Below, piece after piece: positions 42,787-51,700 of a DNA stretch of 64,000 bases (the stretch's first letter is position 1; each line of letters starts with the position of its first letter). The stretch spans positions 16,092 to 80,091 of the forward strand of contig CAZWQY010000001.1 of NCBI GenBank assembly GCA_964636295.1. The letters are read 5' to 3'. The position numbers were made by a program, and so were the translations under genes. Below the pieces are notes generated by a model that saw only the letters and a list, made by a program, of their open reading frames with translations, was not told the DNA's origin and did not search any database. The DNA comes from an uncultured Lentisphaeraceae bacterium. Its GTDB lineage: Bacteria; Verrucomicrobiota; Kiritimatiellia; RFP12; UBA1067.

Positions 42787-42792
42787 GGGCGT

Positions 42793-42801
42793 ATTATAGC
42801 A
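42793..42801 (-). promoter_or_regulatory. extended -10 promoter TGCTATAAT giving a leaderless mRNA for the GYF operon
   Basis: The minus strand reads TGCTATAATACGCCCATG. Exactly 6 nt separate the hexamer from the A of the ATG at 42786. Confidence 0.55.
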
Positions 42802-42826
42802 AAAAGGCATTCCGATTTCCCCTGCC

Positions 42827-43020
42827 CGCGCCTCTCCCCGTCCTGTGCGCAACGCCCTCTCCCTGTCCTGTGCGCGCGGGCGCAAGCCCGCCGTCACCGC
42901 GCCGTGTCTGCCGCAACGTCCGCGCCTCTCCTTGTCCTGTGCGCGCGGGCGCAAGCCCCGCTGCAACGTCCGCGCCTCTCCCTTGTCCTGTGCGCGTGGG
43001 CGCAAGCCCCGCGTTCACAA
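42827..43020. repeat. about 4 copies of a ~50-bp tandem repeat in an intergenic region
   Basis: Units at 42921-42970 and 42971-43020 are near-identical (CGCGCCTCTCC(C)TTGTCCTGTGCGCG(C/T)GGGCGCAAGCCCCGC...). A longer variant lies at 42853-42920 and a truncated one at 42827-42852. Three units carry the palindrome TGCGC-N4-GCGCA. Confidence 0.85.
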
Positions 43021-43066
43021 AGCCCCCCGATTCCTCGAAGCGACAAAATACCCCATCTGCGACGAA

Positions 43067-44758
43067 TCAAAGCGAAAGATAGCCGCATTCCCACGCGCCG
43101 ATGCGGGGCAGACGAACGCGCGCCTCACCGCCCGCGTCGCGGCCAAGGGGAATCTCGACAGGCTCCGCCTCCGGCTGATGCCAAACCGCCGTCCGAACGC
43201 CCGACGGCACGACACGCAACCGAACGAAAACGGGATCCTGCCGGTCAATCGTGGCGTTCACAAGCGCCAGCGTCGCAAGCGACCCATCCGCGCGCACGCG
43301 CGGCAACGCAAACATCCCCACCGCCTCCTCGAAGACAACGGGAAGCCGCCCGCCAGACGCCTGGTCGCACCGAGCATAGAAGTTCGTCAGCCCCGTCGTG
43401 GAAACAATCTGCATGACGCGCGTCCAATAGCCGGGCGACGCCGTGTCAACCTCCCCCGAACCGGCCATCCGAACGCGGATCGACGCAACGTCCGGCAACG
43501 GGCCGAGCGAGCGCCCCGTTGCGCCGACAATTGGAACCCCTCGGCAGGCGACGAGCCGAGGCGGACGATCCCCCGGCACGGAAAAGCCACACGGTTGCGT
43601 CCCGGCGTTCGCCGCCTGATAGCCCGCCAGAAAGCCGTGCGCCGCCGCAAGACGCGGGAAAAGGCGGTCGGCGTAAAAGGCCGTCGTCTCGTCCGTCCGC
43701 GCATCCGCCGCGAACAGGCTGACGAAGTCCATGCCGAGCGCAAGATTCTCAAACGCCTCAAGAATCAGACCCTGCGCCGTCCGACAGGCAAACGTGCGCG
43801 GACACGTCTCAATCTCGGGACAGCACGCGCCCACCCATTTTTCGCCGCGTACGCCGGCCAGCATCTTCTGAAGATCATAGGCCTTGTCCAGCTGCTGATG
43901 CGCGTCCGTATCCCAATAGGCGCCGGCCCCCGGCCGCAGACGCACGGGACGCCCCGCCCCCTCGAACAGGCCGCGCGGAATGGCGGGCTTCAAGTCGCCC
44001 CCATACTGATAGCCCATGACCGTTTCGGGCGATATCCGATGGACAGCTGCGGCAATCGCGCGCGTCAAGTTGCCCATGATCCCGCACGAATAGTCGTCCC
44101 AACGCCGCCGCACTGCCGCATCCGAGCGAATCGCCGCCGCCAGTTCCGCACGTGGCCAGTCCCGCCCTTCGGCCTGGGCGAAACCGGCGAGACAGCCGTC
44201 GCAGAAACAGCCGGCGAGCCGGTTCGCGGGCGTGCGGACGGGCGCACGGTTGCGGTAGGAAAGATCGTCGTCCACCCAGACCGAACCCGGCTTCCAGGCC
44301 GCGTGCAGTTCCGCGACGCGGACGAAGTAGGCGACGAGCTTCGGGTCGCGCGGACAGGACAGGCGCGTGGCCGCCAAGCCGTCGGCGGACACCATCGTAC
44401 CCCAGTCCTGCCCCGTGCAGTCGCCCGCCTCCAGAATGGCGTCCGCATGCCCGATGATCGTCTGGATCTCAATCGACGGCACAAGGCCCAGCCGCCGCAA
44501 GTCGGCGGCCGCCGCCGCGCACTGCCGCGCATGCGCCTCGTGCCAGGAAAGCTTCGGAAAACTGACGCCCGTCGAGAACCAGACGTCGTCAAACGCCGCA
44601 CGGTTCTTCTCCAATGCCGCGCGCATCTCCGGCCACTTGTCCGGCTGCGTGAAGCGAAAGCCGAAGCGCAGGGCGCTGAACGGCGGACTGTCCGCCGCCG
44701 ACAGCGCCGCCGGAAGCGCGCAGGCAAGGGCGAAGGCCAGCCGCGCGATCACGACCAT
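43067..44758 (-). CDS. secreted hypothetical protein (563 aa)
   Basis: Has a signal peptide MVVIARLAFALACALPAALSAAD when started at the ATG at 44758. It overlaps the upstream stop by 10 nt and contains a CFCDGC motif. I do not recognise the family; it may be a TIM-barrel glycan enzyme. Confidence 0.5.
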   Translation of the reverse strand: MVVIARLAFALACALPAALSAADSPPFSALRFGFRFTQPDKWPEMRAALEKNRAAFDDVWFSTGVSFPKLSWHEAHARQCAAAAADLRRLGLVPSIEIQTIIGHADAILEAGDCTGQDWGTMVSADGLAATRLSCPRDPKLVAYFVRVAELHAAWKPGSVWVDDDLSYRNRAPVRTPANRLAGCFCDGCLAGFAQAEGRDWPRAELAAAIRSDAAVRRRWDDYSCGIMGNLTRAIAAAVHRISPETVMGYQYGGDLKPAIPRGLFEGAGRPVRLRPGAGAYWDTDAHQQLDKAYDLQKMLAGVRGEKWVGACCPEIETCPRTFACRTAQGLILEAFENLALGMDFVSLFAADARTDETTAFYADRLFPRLAAAHGFLAGYQAANAGTQPCGFSVPGDRPPRLVACRGVPIVGATGRSLGPLPDVASIRVRMAGSGEVDTASPGYWTRVMQIVSTTGLTNFYARCDQASGGRLPVVFEEAVGMFALPRVRADGSLATLALVNATIDRQDPVFVRLRVVPSGVRTAVWHQPEAEPVEIPLGRDAGGEARVRLPRIGAWECGYLSL

Positions 44759-46071
44759 CTCCGGTCGTTCGACCATTCCCGGTCCCATTCCTTCGTCGGC
44801 GTCCACGGCGGCGGGAAGTCCGCACAGGCCTGCTTCTTGATGAGCCGTTCGTTCAGCTCGTCAATGCCAAGCCCCGGCTTCGTCGGCACCTCGATGAAAC
44901 CGCCCTTGTAGGACAGCGCGGGCTTCACGAGATCGCCCCACCACGGCACGTCAACCGAATGCAGCTCAAGCGCCATGAAGTTGCGCGTCGCCGCCGCGAC
45001 ATGGACGGCCGCCAGACAGGCAATCGGACTCTCGGCCATGTGGAGGTTCATCTGGACGCCGTAGTCCTCGGCCATGTCGCCGACCTTCTTCGTCTCCGCA
45101 ATGCCGCCCGCCGTGAGGAGGTCCGGATGGACGACCGCGAGCGCGTGGGATTCGAGGAGCGGCTTGAAGTCCTCCTTCAGATAGATGTCCTCGCCCGTCC
45201 CCAGCGGCGTGGTCGTCGCGGCGTGAAGCTGCTTCCACTGCTCGACGTTGCGCCACGGCAGGACGTCCTCCGCCCACGAGAGGTGATACTTCTCCAGCCG
45301 CCGCAGGAAGTTCACGCAATCCTCGTAGGGGATGTGCCCAAGATGGTCGATCGCGATCGGCACCTCCCAGCCAATCACCTCGCGGACGTCGGCCATGTAC
45401 TTTTCGAGATAGTCAAGCCCCTTCTCCGTGACGTGGATGCCCGTATGCCCGTGCGCCGTCGTGAAAAGCTCGAACGCCTCGCCGCGCATCGAACGCGGAT
45501 CGATCGACCCGTGGGGCGTCTGGACGACGTGCTTCATCTTGCGCATGTAGTCGAGATAGCCCAACGGCGCGATCAGCGCGTCCTTGACGTTCGTAAGAAG
45601 CTCGATGCCGAGATCCATCTTCAGGAACGTGAAGCCCATCTCCATGCGGGCCTTGAGAGCGGCGCCCATGTCGCGCCCGCCGCCCTCGGAATCCGTGTCG
45701 CAGTAGCAGCGGATCTCATCGCGCCACTTGCCGCCGAGGAGCTGCCACACGGGCACGCCCCACGCCTTGCCGCAGAGATCCCAGCACGCCAGCTCGACCG
45801 CGCAGACGCCGCCCGCCTGGCGCGAATCGCCGCCGAACTGCTTGATGCGGCGAAAGATCTTCTCGACGTTGCAAGGATTCTCGCCGAGGATGCGCGACTT
45901 CAGCATCGCGGCATACGTGCGCGAGGAAGCGTCGCGGACTTCGCCGTAGCCGACAAGCCCCTGGTTCGTGTAGAGCTTCAGAAGCGTGCACCGCTTCGGC
46001 GCGCCGTCGATGTCGGCGAAGCGCATGTCGGTAATCTTCAGCGTCGCCGGATTGATCTTGTTGATGTTCAT
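44749..46071 (-). CDS. enolase-superfamily (mandelate racemase/muconate lactonizing enzyme family) sugar-acid dehydratase-like protein
   Basis: 440 aa. The capping domain reads ITDMRFADIDGAPKRCTLLKLYTNQGLVGYGEV, followed by AVELACWDLCGKAWGVPVWQLLGG and barrel acid residues (IAIDH, GTGEDIY). Confidence 0.75.
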   Translation of the reverse strand: MNINKINPATLKITDMRFADIDGAPKRCTLLKLYTNQGLVGYGEVRDASSRTYAAMLKSRILGENPCNVEKIFRRIKQFGGDSRQAGGVCAVELACWDLCGKAWGVPVWQLLGGKWRDEIRCYCDTDSEGGGRDMGAALKARMEMGFTFLKMDLGIELLTNVKDALIAPLGYLDYMRKMKHVVQTPHGSIDPRSMRGEAFELFTTAHGHTGIHVTEKGLDYLEKYMADVREVIGWEVPIAIDHLGHIPYEDCVNFLRRLEKYHLSWAEDVLPWRNVEQWKQLHAATTTPLGTGEDIYLKEDFKPLLESHALAVVHPDLLTAGGIAETKKVGDMAEDYGVQMNLHMAESPIACLAAVHVAAATRNFMALELHSVDVPWWGDLVKPALSYKGGFIEVPTKPGLGIDELNERLIKKQACADFPPPWTPTKEWDREWSNDRRWS

Positions 46072-46084
46072 CGCATTCAGCCTT

Positions 46085-47674
46085 TCACTTCACGTCAATG
46101 AGTTTCGTCTGCACCTTGCCGTCCGCGCCCTTCCACGTCAAGCGGTAGCGACCTCGGAAGCCACGGAACGCGACCGCCCCGTTCGCGTTGGCCTTCACGG
46201 TCAGGCGCGTCTTCCATTCGCGGTTCACGAGGTCGTCCATCGCGAAGTACGCCGTCTTCGGACGCATGTCGCGCGTGAAGAGGCCGCTGATGGACGGCTC
46301 GCCCGGCGCCCCGCAGTCGTCAACCACGTTCCACCACGTGATGCCGTTCATCTTCTCCACGGAAAACCAGGCGCGATAGAGGTTGCGCAAAATGATGGCC
46401 TGCACCATCTGCCCGCGCGCCGAGGTGTCCGGCGCCGTGATCGTGATTTCGGAGAGGTGAATCGGCTTGCCCGCCTTCGAGAGCCGCGCGAACTGCGCGG
46501 CGAGGTTCTCCGGACGCAAGTGCCACGGCACGCGGCCCGCCGCGATGTTGACGGATTCCGCCGGATTGAAGAGGTGCATCTGCGCGCCCACCACGTCCAC
46601 GCGGACGCCGTTCTTCGCCAGATCCTCGATCTGCTTGAAGTAGTTCTCGCCAATCGAGTAGTCGTTGATGTTGAGCCACGCGGACGCCGGCAGATTCTCC
46701 TGCGCCGTCTTGAAGGCCGTGTAGCACAGGTCGCCCGCCGTCACGCCGTAGCGCGGACTCCGCTGGAACGGCTTGCCCGTGACGGACGCGCCGTGGAAGT
46801 CCTCGGCGGACTCGTTGCACACGTCCCAGCTCTGCACGCGCGTCCCGTACCGCTGCGCGATCTGCTTCACGCGGTTGACCGTGAACTCGTTCAGCTTCGC
46901 GAAATACGTCGGACAGAGCTTCGCCACCTCCTCTTCGGAAAGCTTGGCGAACACCTCGCGCCAGGCGTCCGGCCAGGACTTCACGCCCGGCACAAAGTTC
47001 TCGTCGCGGCCGAACTCCTTCACGCCCATCGGCAGCCGCCAGTTGCGCGACGGCATCTTCACGCCGCTCGCCGCCTCAAGGGCGTCCTTTTCGGACTGCG
47101 GACAGAACTCGTCCCAAATCCACGTGGGCGTGTGCCAGGCGTTGTTGCCCCAACAGAGCGGATGCCCGTGGATGCGCAGCCCGCGCGTCCGCAGGAACGA
47201 AATCACGGGATCCGTCGCCGGCCGCCGCCAGTGCGGCTGATCCTTCGGCTGCGGACAGGCGTTCCAGAACTCCTCCGTGTCGCGGTAGTCCTCCTGAAAG
47301 CGCACCTGCCCCTGATAGGGTTCGAGCGTCCGCCAGTAGAACGCGACGGTCGCCGAGTTGAAGAGCGTCCCGTAGAGCTCCTTGTAGCGGTTGTTCCACT
47401 CGGTCTTGCCGAGCTGGTTGAAGTTGAAGATGTGCGCGCCGAAGAAGAAGGCGTGCGAAACCTGCTCGACGGACACCTCGGCGCCGCTCGGCGCGGCGAC
47501 ATCGACCGTCGCGTCCGCCTTGCGGTACTTCTCGATGTCCGCATCGATCTTCGCCTGCACGCCGTCGTTCCAGAGCTTCCAGTAGGCATCGGACATCGCC
47601 GCCCGGTCAACCTTGAACGCCGCCGACGCGACAAACGCCGCCGACGCCCCCGCAAAAAACAAAAGTCTCTTCAT
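46085..47674 (-). CDS. glycoside hydrolase family 10-like protein, secreted
   Basis: Signal peptide MKRLLFFAGASAAFVASAA. The GH10 acid/base motif WDVCNE and a nucleophile-region motif HLSEITI are present, plus ITWWNVVDD. In-frame alternative starts exist at 47689 (ATG) and 47701 (TTG). Confidence 0.7.
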   Translation of the reverse strand: MKRLLFFAGASAAFVASAAFKVDRAAMSDAYWKLWNDGVQAKIDADIEKYRKADATVDVAAPSGAEVSVEQVSHAFFFGAHIFNFNQLGKTEWNNRYKELYGTLFNSATVAFYWRTLEPYQGQVRFQEDYRDTEEFWNACPQPKDQPHWRRPATDPVISFLRTRGLRIHGHPLCWGNNAWHTPTWIWDEFCPQSEKDALEAASGVKMPSRNWRLPMGVKEFGRDENFVPGVKSWPDAWREVFAKLSEEEVAKLCPTYFAKLNEFTVNRVKQIAQRYGTRVQSWDVCNESAEDFHGASVTGKPFQRSPRYGVTAGDLCYTAFKTAQENLPASAWLNINDYSIGENYFKQIEDLAKNGVRVDVVGAQMHLFNPAESVNIAAGRVPWHLRPENLAAQFARLSKAGKPIHLSEITITAPDTSARGQMVQAIILRNLYRAWFSVEKMNGITWWNVVDDCGAPGEPSISGLFTRDMRPKTAYFAMDDLVNREWKTRLTVKANANGAVAFRGFRGRYRLTWKGADGKVQTKLIDVK

Positions 47675-47686
47675 TCCCGTTCCTTT

Positions 47687-47741
47687 CATTCGACCATTCA
47701 ACCATTCAACATTCGATCATTCGATCATTCGAACATTCGAT
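47687..47741. repeat. seven tandem copies of the octamer CATTCRAY (minus strand RTYGAATG)
   Basis: The plus strand reads cattcgac cattcaac cattcaa cattcgat cattcgat cattcgaa cattcgat. The array lies between the RraA-like stop (47760) and the GH10 start. Confidence 0.85.
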
Positions 47742-47759
47742 TATTTCCCCTCTCATTTC

Positions 47760-48515
47760 TCAGAAATACCCGCCCTTGTCGATGATCTCCGAAATCGTGT
47801 CGCCCTGGCGAACCCACGAGAAGATGTCGACCTCGTTGCGCTCGATGCCCTCGGCGCGCAGAAGCACCTCGTAGGCGATTTCGCGCGGAATGCAGATGAC
47901 GCCGTCAATGTCGCCCATGATGATGTCGCCGGGACGCACCGTCACCTTGCCGATCTTGACCGGCACCTGATAATGGGTGATCATGCAGCGGCCAAGCGAA
48001 CCGTTCGAGACGCGGTACTTGTAGAAGATCGGAAACGGCTGCTCCAGAATCTGCTTCGTGTCGCGAATGCCGCCCGCGATGACCGCGCCGCGAATGCCCT
48101 TCGAAATCGCCGTCGCCGTCATGACGCCGCCCCAGAGGCTCGCCTCGACGTCGTTCGACGTGTCCCAGACGACGACGCCGTTCGGCTTGAAGTCGTCCAG
48201 CATCTGCGCGCGGAACGTCATCTCGCCCTCGACCATGCAGTTCGGCGCGGACTTCACCGTGAACGCCTCGCCGCAGAGAACCATCTCGTCGCGGAGCGGC
48301 ATGATCTCGTGCGGCAGGTTCTGGTCGAGAAGCGTGAGCTCGCGCATGACGTCGTTCACGCACCCCGTGTAAAGCTTCTCGAAACGCTCGCAAAGCTCCT
48401 TCGTCGGAATCGGGAACTCGTTCGTCGGGATGTGCTGACGCTTGGCGATCAGCTTGTCGAGCTTCATGAGGCCGGCTTCCTTGGCCTTCGTGCGCATATT
48501 GGCGAGACTGGGCAT
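47760..48515 (-). CDS. RraA / HMG-CHA aldolase family protein
   Basis: 251 aa from the ATG at 48515, preceded by an AGGAAAGG RBS. It contains SLWGGVMTATAISKGIRGAVIAGGIRD and GDIIMGDIDGVICIP, typical of the RraA-like/class II pyruvate aldolase fold. Confidence 0.75.
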   Translation of the reverse strand: MPSLANMRTKAKEAGLMKLDKLIAKRQHIPTNEFPIPTKELCERFEKLYTGCVNDVMRELTLLDQNLPHEIMPLRDEMVLCGEAFTVKSAPNCMVEGEMTFRAQMLDDFKPNGVVVWDTSNDVEASLWGGVMTATAISKGIRGAVIAGGIRDTKQILEQPFPIFYKYRVSNGSLGRCMITHYQVPVKIGKVTVRPGDIIMGDIDGVICIPREIAYEVLLRAEGIERNEVDIFSWVRQGDTISEIIDKGGYF

Positions 48516-48582
48516 GACTGCACCTTTCCTGTTTGCGGTTTTGATGTCAGAAGTTCTTCCTCTGACTTGAAAATTGGTGCAT

Positions 48583-48614
48583 ATTATACCGACTTCTGCA
48601 GGAAATCGGCAAGA
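48583..48614 (-). promoter_or_regulatory. sigma70-type promoter TTGCCG-N18-TATAAT for the RraA-like/GH10/dehydratase unit
   Basis: The minus strand reads CTTGCCGATTTCCTGCAGAAGTCGGTATAATATGCACC. The -10 box is 67 nt upstream of the ATG, and the leader contains a 6-bp hairpin (GTCAGA-N9-TCTGAC). Confidence 0.6.
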
Positions 48615-48664
48615 TTGTTTTCGGCAATAAAACCTCACTGTTTCGGCAACACCCGACGGACGGG

Positions 48665-48703
48665 CGAAACGCCCTCGCGGACGATGTCCGTGAGGGCGTT
48701 TCG
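48665..48703 (-). terminator. strong hairpin downstream of the 2537-aa gene (no U-tract)
   Basis: CGAAACGCCCTC (48665-48676) pairs perfectly with GAGGGCGTTTCG (48692-48703). Five further inner base pairs give about 17 bp around a 3-nt loop. It lies 44 nt after the stop at 48747. Confidence 0.45.
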
Positions 48704-48746
48704 AATCCGCCAGGCCGAGGCGCGCCAACGGCACGCGCGCGGCGCG

Positions 48747-51700
48747 TCAACGGGCGGACGGCTCGACGACGCGCCAGACGGGCGCGGCGCGAAGGCCGAT
48801 CCGGCGCGACTTGTCGCGCGGCGGAATCCCCCACCACGACTGCGGCGGCTTGACCTTCCACGCGCTGTCGGGCGCGTCGATGTCGCCCCAGAACGCGGAC
48901 ACGCTCGCCGTGACGGCAATTTCAAGACGCTGCCGCGTGCCGGCCAACTCGCGCGGCACCGTCCACGTGTACGGCGCCCACACGCGGCGGCCAAGGCTCC
49001 GCCCGCCGATTTTCACCTCGGTGAACGCATCGCCCGTGTCGAGGAGAAGTTCAAGATCGCCCGCCCCTTCCACGGCGGGAATGTCCGCCTCGATCGTGTA
49101 CACCGCCTCGCCCGCAAAGCCGTCCAGCCCCAGCGCGGCGAGATCCTGCGCGGGCACATGCGGCACACGCGCGGCAATCGTGCCGTCGCGGTCAACGAAA
49201 TCGCCGACCAGCACAACGCGCGGCAGGAGGAAGTTGTCGTCCGCCGCCCCCGGCACGAGGCGAAGCTCATGAACGCCCTCGGACAACTCGACGGACGCCG
49301 TCTCGCGGTAATGGACGCGGTAGTTGCGCGGCAGCCCTTCCGCCGCACGCACGGGCGTCAGCGGCTGGCCGTCCAGCGTGACGGTCGCCGCCGCGTCCGG
49401 ACGATCCAGAATCGCGAAGCGAACCGGCCCAAGCCCCGCCGCGCAGACGATCCGCGCAACGCCGTTCGTCGTGAACGCAATCCGCCGCGTGACGGGACGG
49501 TCGAGCGTCAGCGCATAGTCGCCCGCCACCTGCCCGACGACGCGCGGCGGCTTCGTCTCGTCGGACGGCTTCCAGTCGGAACGCAGCTTCAGAACGCCGC
49601 GCGGCGCCAACTCGACATTCCGCCGCCCGGCCTTCGTCACCGCGACGAGTGCGCGAGGACGCGGATCGGCCGCGAGGTTGAGGACGACCGACGTGCCGTC
49701 CGCATAGTTGCGCAGGAGAAGCCGATCGGCCCACGTGCCGTCCGCCGTCTCTAGATGGAGCGCGGGTGAAATCCGCGCCCGCACCCACGACGCGGCGGCC
49801 GCCGCATCCTTGAACGTCTGCCCGCTGACTTCCTCGCGGAGCGTCGTGTCGGCGTTGATCGAAAAGACGAACGGGGCCGATGTCTTCTCGTCCTCGGCCA
49901 CGAGCGCAGTCGAAATCTGCGTCAGCTGGAACTGATGGAAGAAGCCCATCAGGTCAGGCTCCTTCACCGTCTTCGCGCGCGTGCTGGCGGCGGCGAGCCG
50001 CTGCGGATAGCGGACGGCGACAGGTCGCTCGTAGTCCGTGCGCAAGGCGAACGCGGACGCCGTGCGCATCTCGTCCGCCAGAATCGGCATGTACTTCTCC
50101 CACCACGGCTGATAGGTGGCGAACGGCGCGAGGTAGATGCGCCGCGTGTAGAGTCCGCTCATGTCGAGCGTGTCGAGCGAACAGAGGAAATGGGTGACGC
50201 CGTGCGTCGCGCCCAGCCAGACGAGCTGGCGCATGTGCGCGGGCGACATTTCGGCCGGACCCAGGGCAAAAAGCTCCGCCATCGCGCCGCGACGGAGACG
50301 AAGCGCCTCGTGCTGAATCATCGCGTAAGTCGTCAACTCCAGCGGCGCCTTGGAATGGAAGCAGCGGTCGCGCTCGTTGGCGACGCTGAAGACCTCGTCG
50401 ATGCCGGGCAGGGTCAGCCCCGCCAACGCCTTCAGCGGATCGCCGTTGAGATGAACGGCTCGGCGCGGCATTTCCTCGTCCAGGAGATGCCCCGTCGAGA
50501 AGATGCCCATCTGCTCGGTCTCACGCGCGATCGGATCGAAGTAGGCACGGCGGAACTGCCGCCCCTGCAGCGCGGCGTACGTCTCCCACACGCGCGTGTC
50601 GCCCGTCCCGCCCGCACGGTAGAACGCCTCGACGTCGGCGCGGAAGTCGCGGCCCGTCTCCGCGCGGTAGTCGGCTTCAAGCGAACTCCAGTAGCGAATG
50701 CGCGCAAGCGGCTCCGGCGAGCACGGCATCCAGACCGGATAGCCCGGCTCGTCGGTGAAGATGCCGAGAATCGTGCCGTTCGCCAGATAGCGCGTCAGCC
50801 GCCGCGCATAGACGCGGTGGGTCATCTCGATGAAGCGTTCGACGGCCGCCGGCTCGTACACGTTGACCGAACCCTCCGGGCCGCGCTTCAGATACCAGTC
50901 GAAGGCCCCGTCCTTCGTGCGCGTGAGGTAGTATTCGGAATAGCGGAACGCTTCGTTCTCGCGTCCGACGCGCCCATGGCAGCGTCCGCTCGGAAAGGCG
51001 AACTCGTCGTAGAGCCACACCTTGAGGTTGCGCTTCTCGGCTTCGGCGCAGAGCGTCTCGATCAGATGCAGCCACTCCTCGCCCATGTACTCGTAGCGAA
51101 GGCCGTCCCGCGCGTAGATGACGAAGCCGTCCACGCCGCCCTGCGCGAGCAAGTCCACCCGCGCGACAAGCTCCGCGTCCGTCGGCCGCCCCGTGATGGC
51201 CATGAAGATGTAGCACCCGTTGCGCGGACAAACCGACGGCCGCGTCCCTACGGCCGTGGTGTGATACCGGTTCCCGTCCTCCACGCGCATGTTCGAACAG
51301 TGCGAGAAGACGAAGCGTCCCTGCTTCCACCCCGGATAGCGGTTGTTCTGGTAAATCGTGTTGTCGCGAAAGTCAAGGCTCTCCGTCGAGATCGCGAAGA
51401 CGAGCGGCACGTCGTGCACGTCGAAGACGTTGTTGGTGACGACGATGTTGCGGTGATACGCCTTCTTCTGGCTCGCGAGATCCCGAACCATCGGATAGAA
51501 CGAGAGAACGCCCTTGCAGAACGAGAACGGCGACGTCAGGCAGTCGTAGAAGCGGTTGCCGCTCACGACGACGTCCTCGCAGGCGCCCGACTCGTACCAT
51601 CCCTGCGCGTCGCCCGCGAAGAGGATTGCCGAACCGGAGACGTGGTCGAAGAGGTTGTCCGTCACGCGCACGGACTTCGGCGTCGTGAAGAGCGCCCCGC

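Noticed and set aside
42827-43020. Considered whether the 50-bp tandem array is a small CRISPR array.
   Set aside because: The variable segments between the conserved cores are only about 11-13 nt and are themselves repeated (GCTGCAACGTC). No cas genes are nearby. The structure is a plain tandem repeat rather than repeat-spacer.
9515-48734. 5' extensions of track ORFs: 9515-10255, 11642-12883, 17097-17939, 20457-23042, 26525-28690, 33766-34638, 36724-38106, 38075-39346, 42157-43005, 43067-44806, 47760-48734.
   Set aside because: The extensions are Arg-rich and run across upstream genes, promoters, the tRNA or the tandem repeats. In each case an internal ATG coincides with the homologous N-terminus, with a signal peptide, or with an RBS or ATGA coupling. 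I trimmed each ORF to that start.
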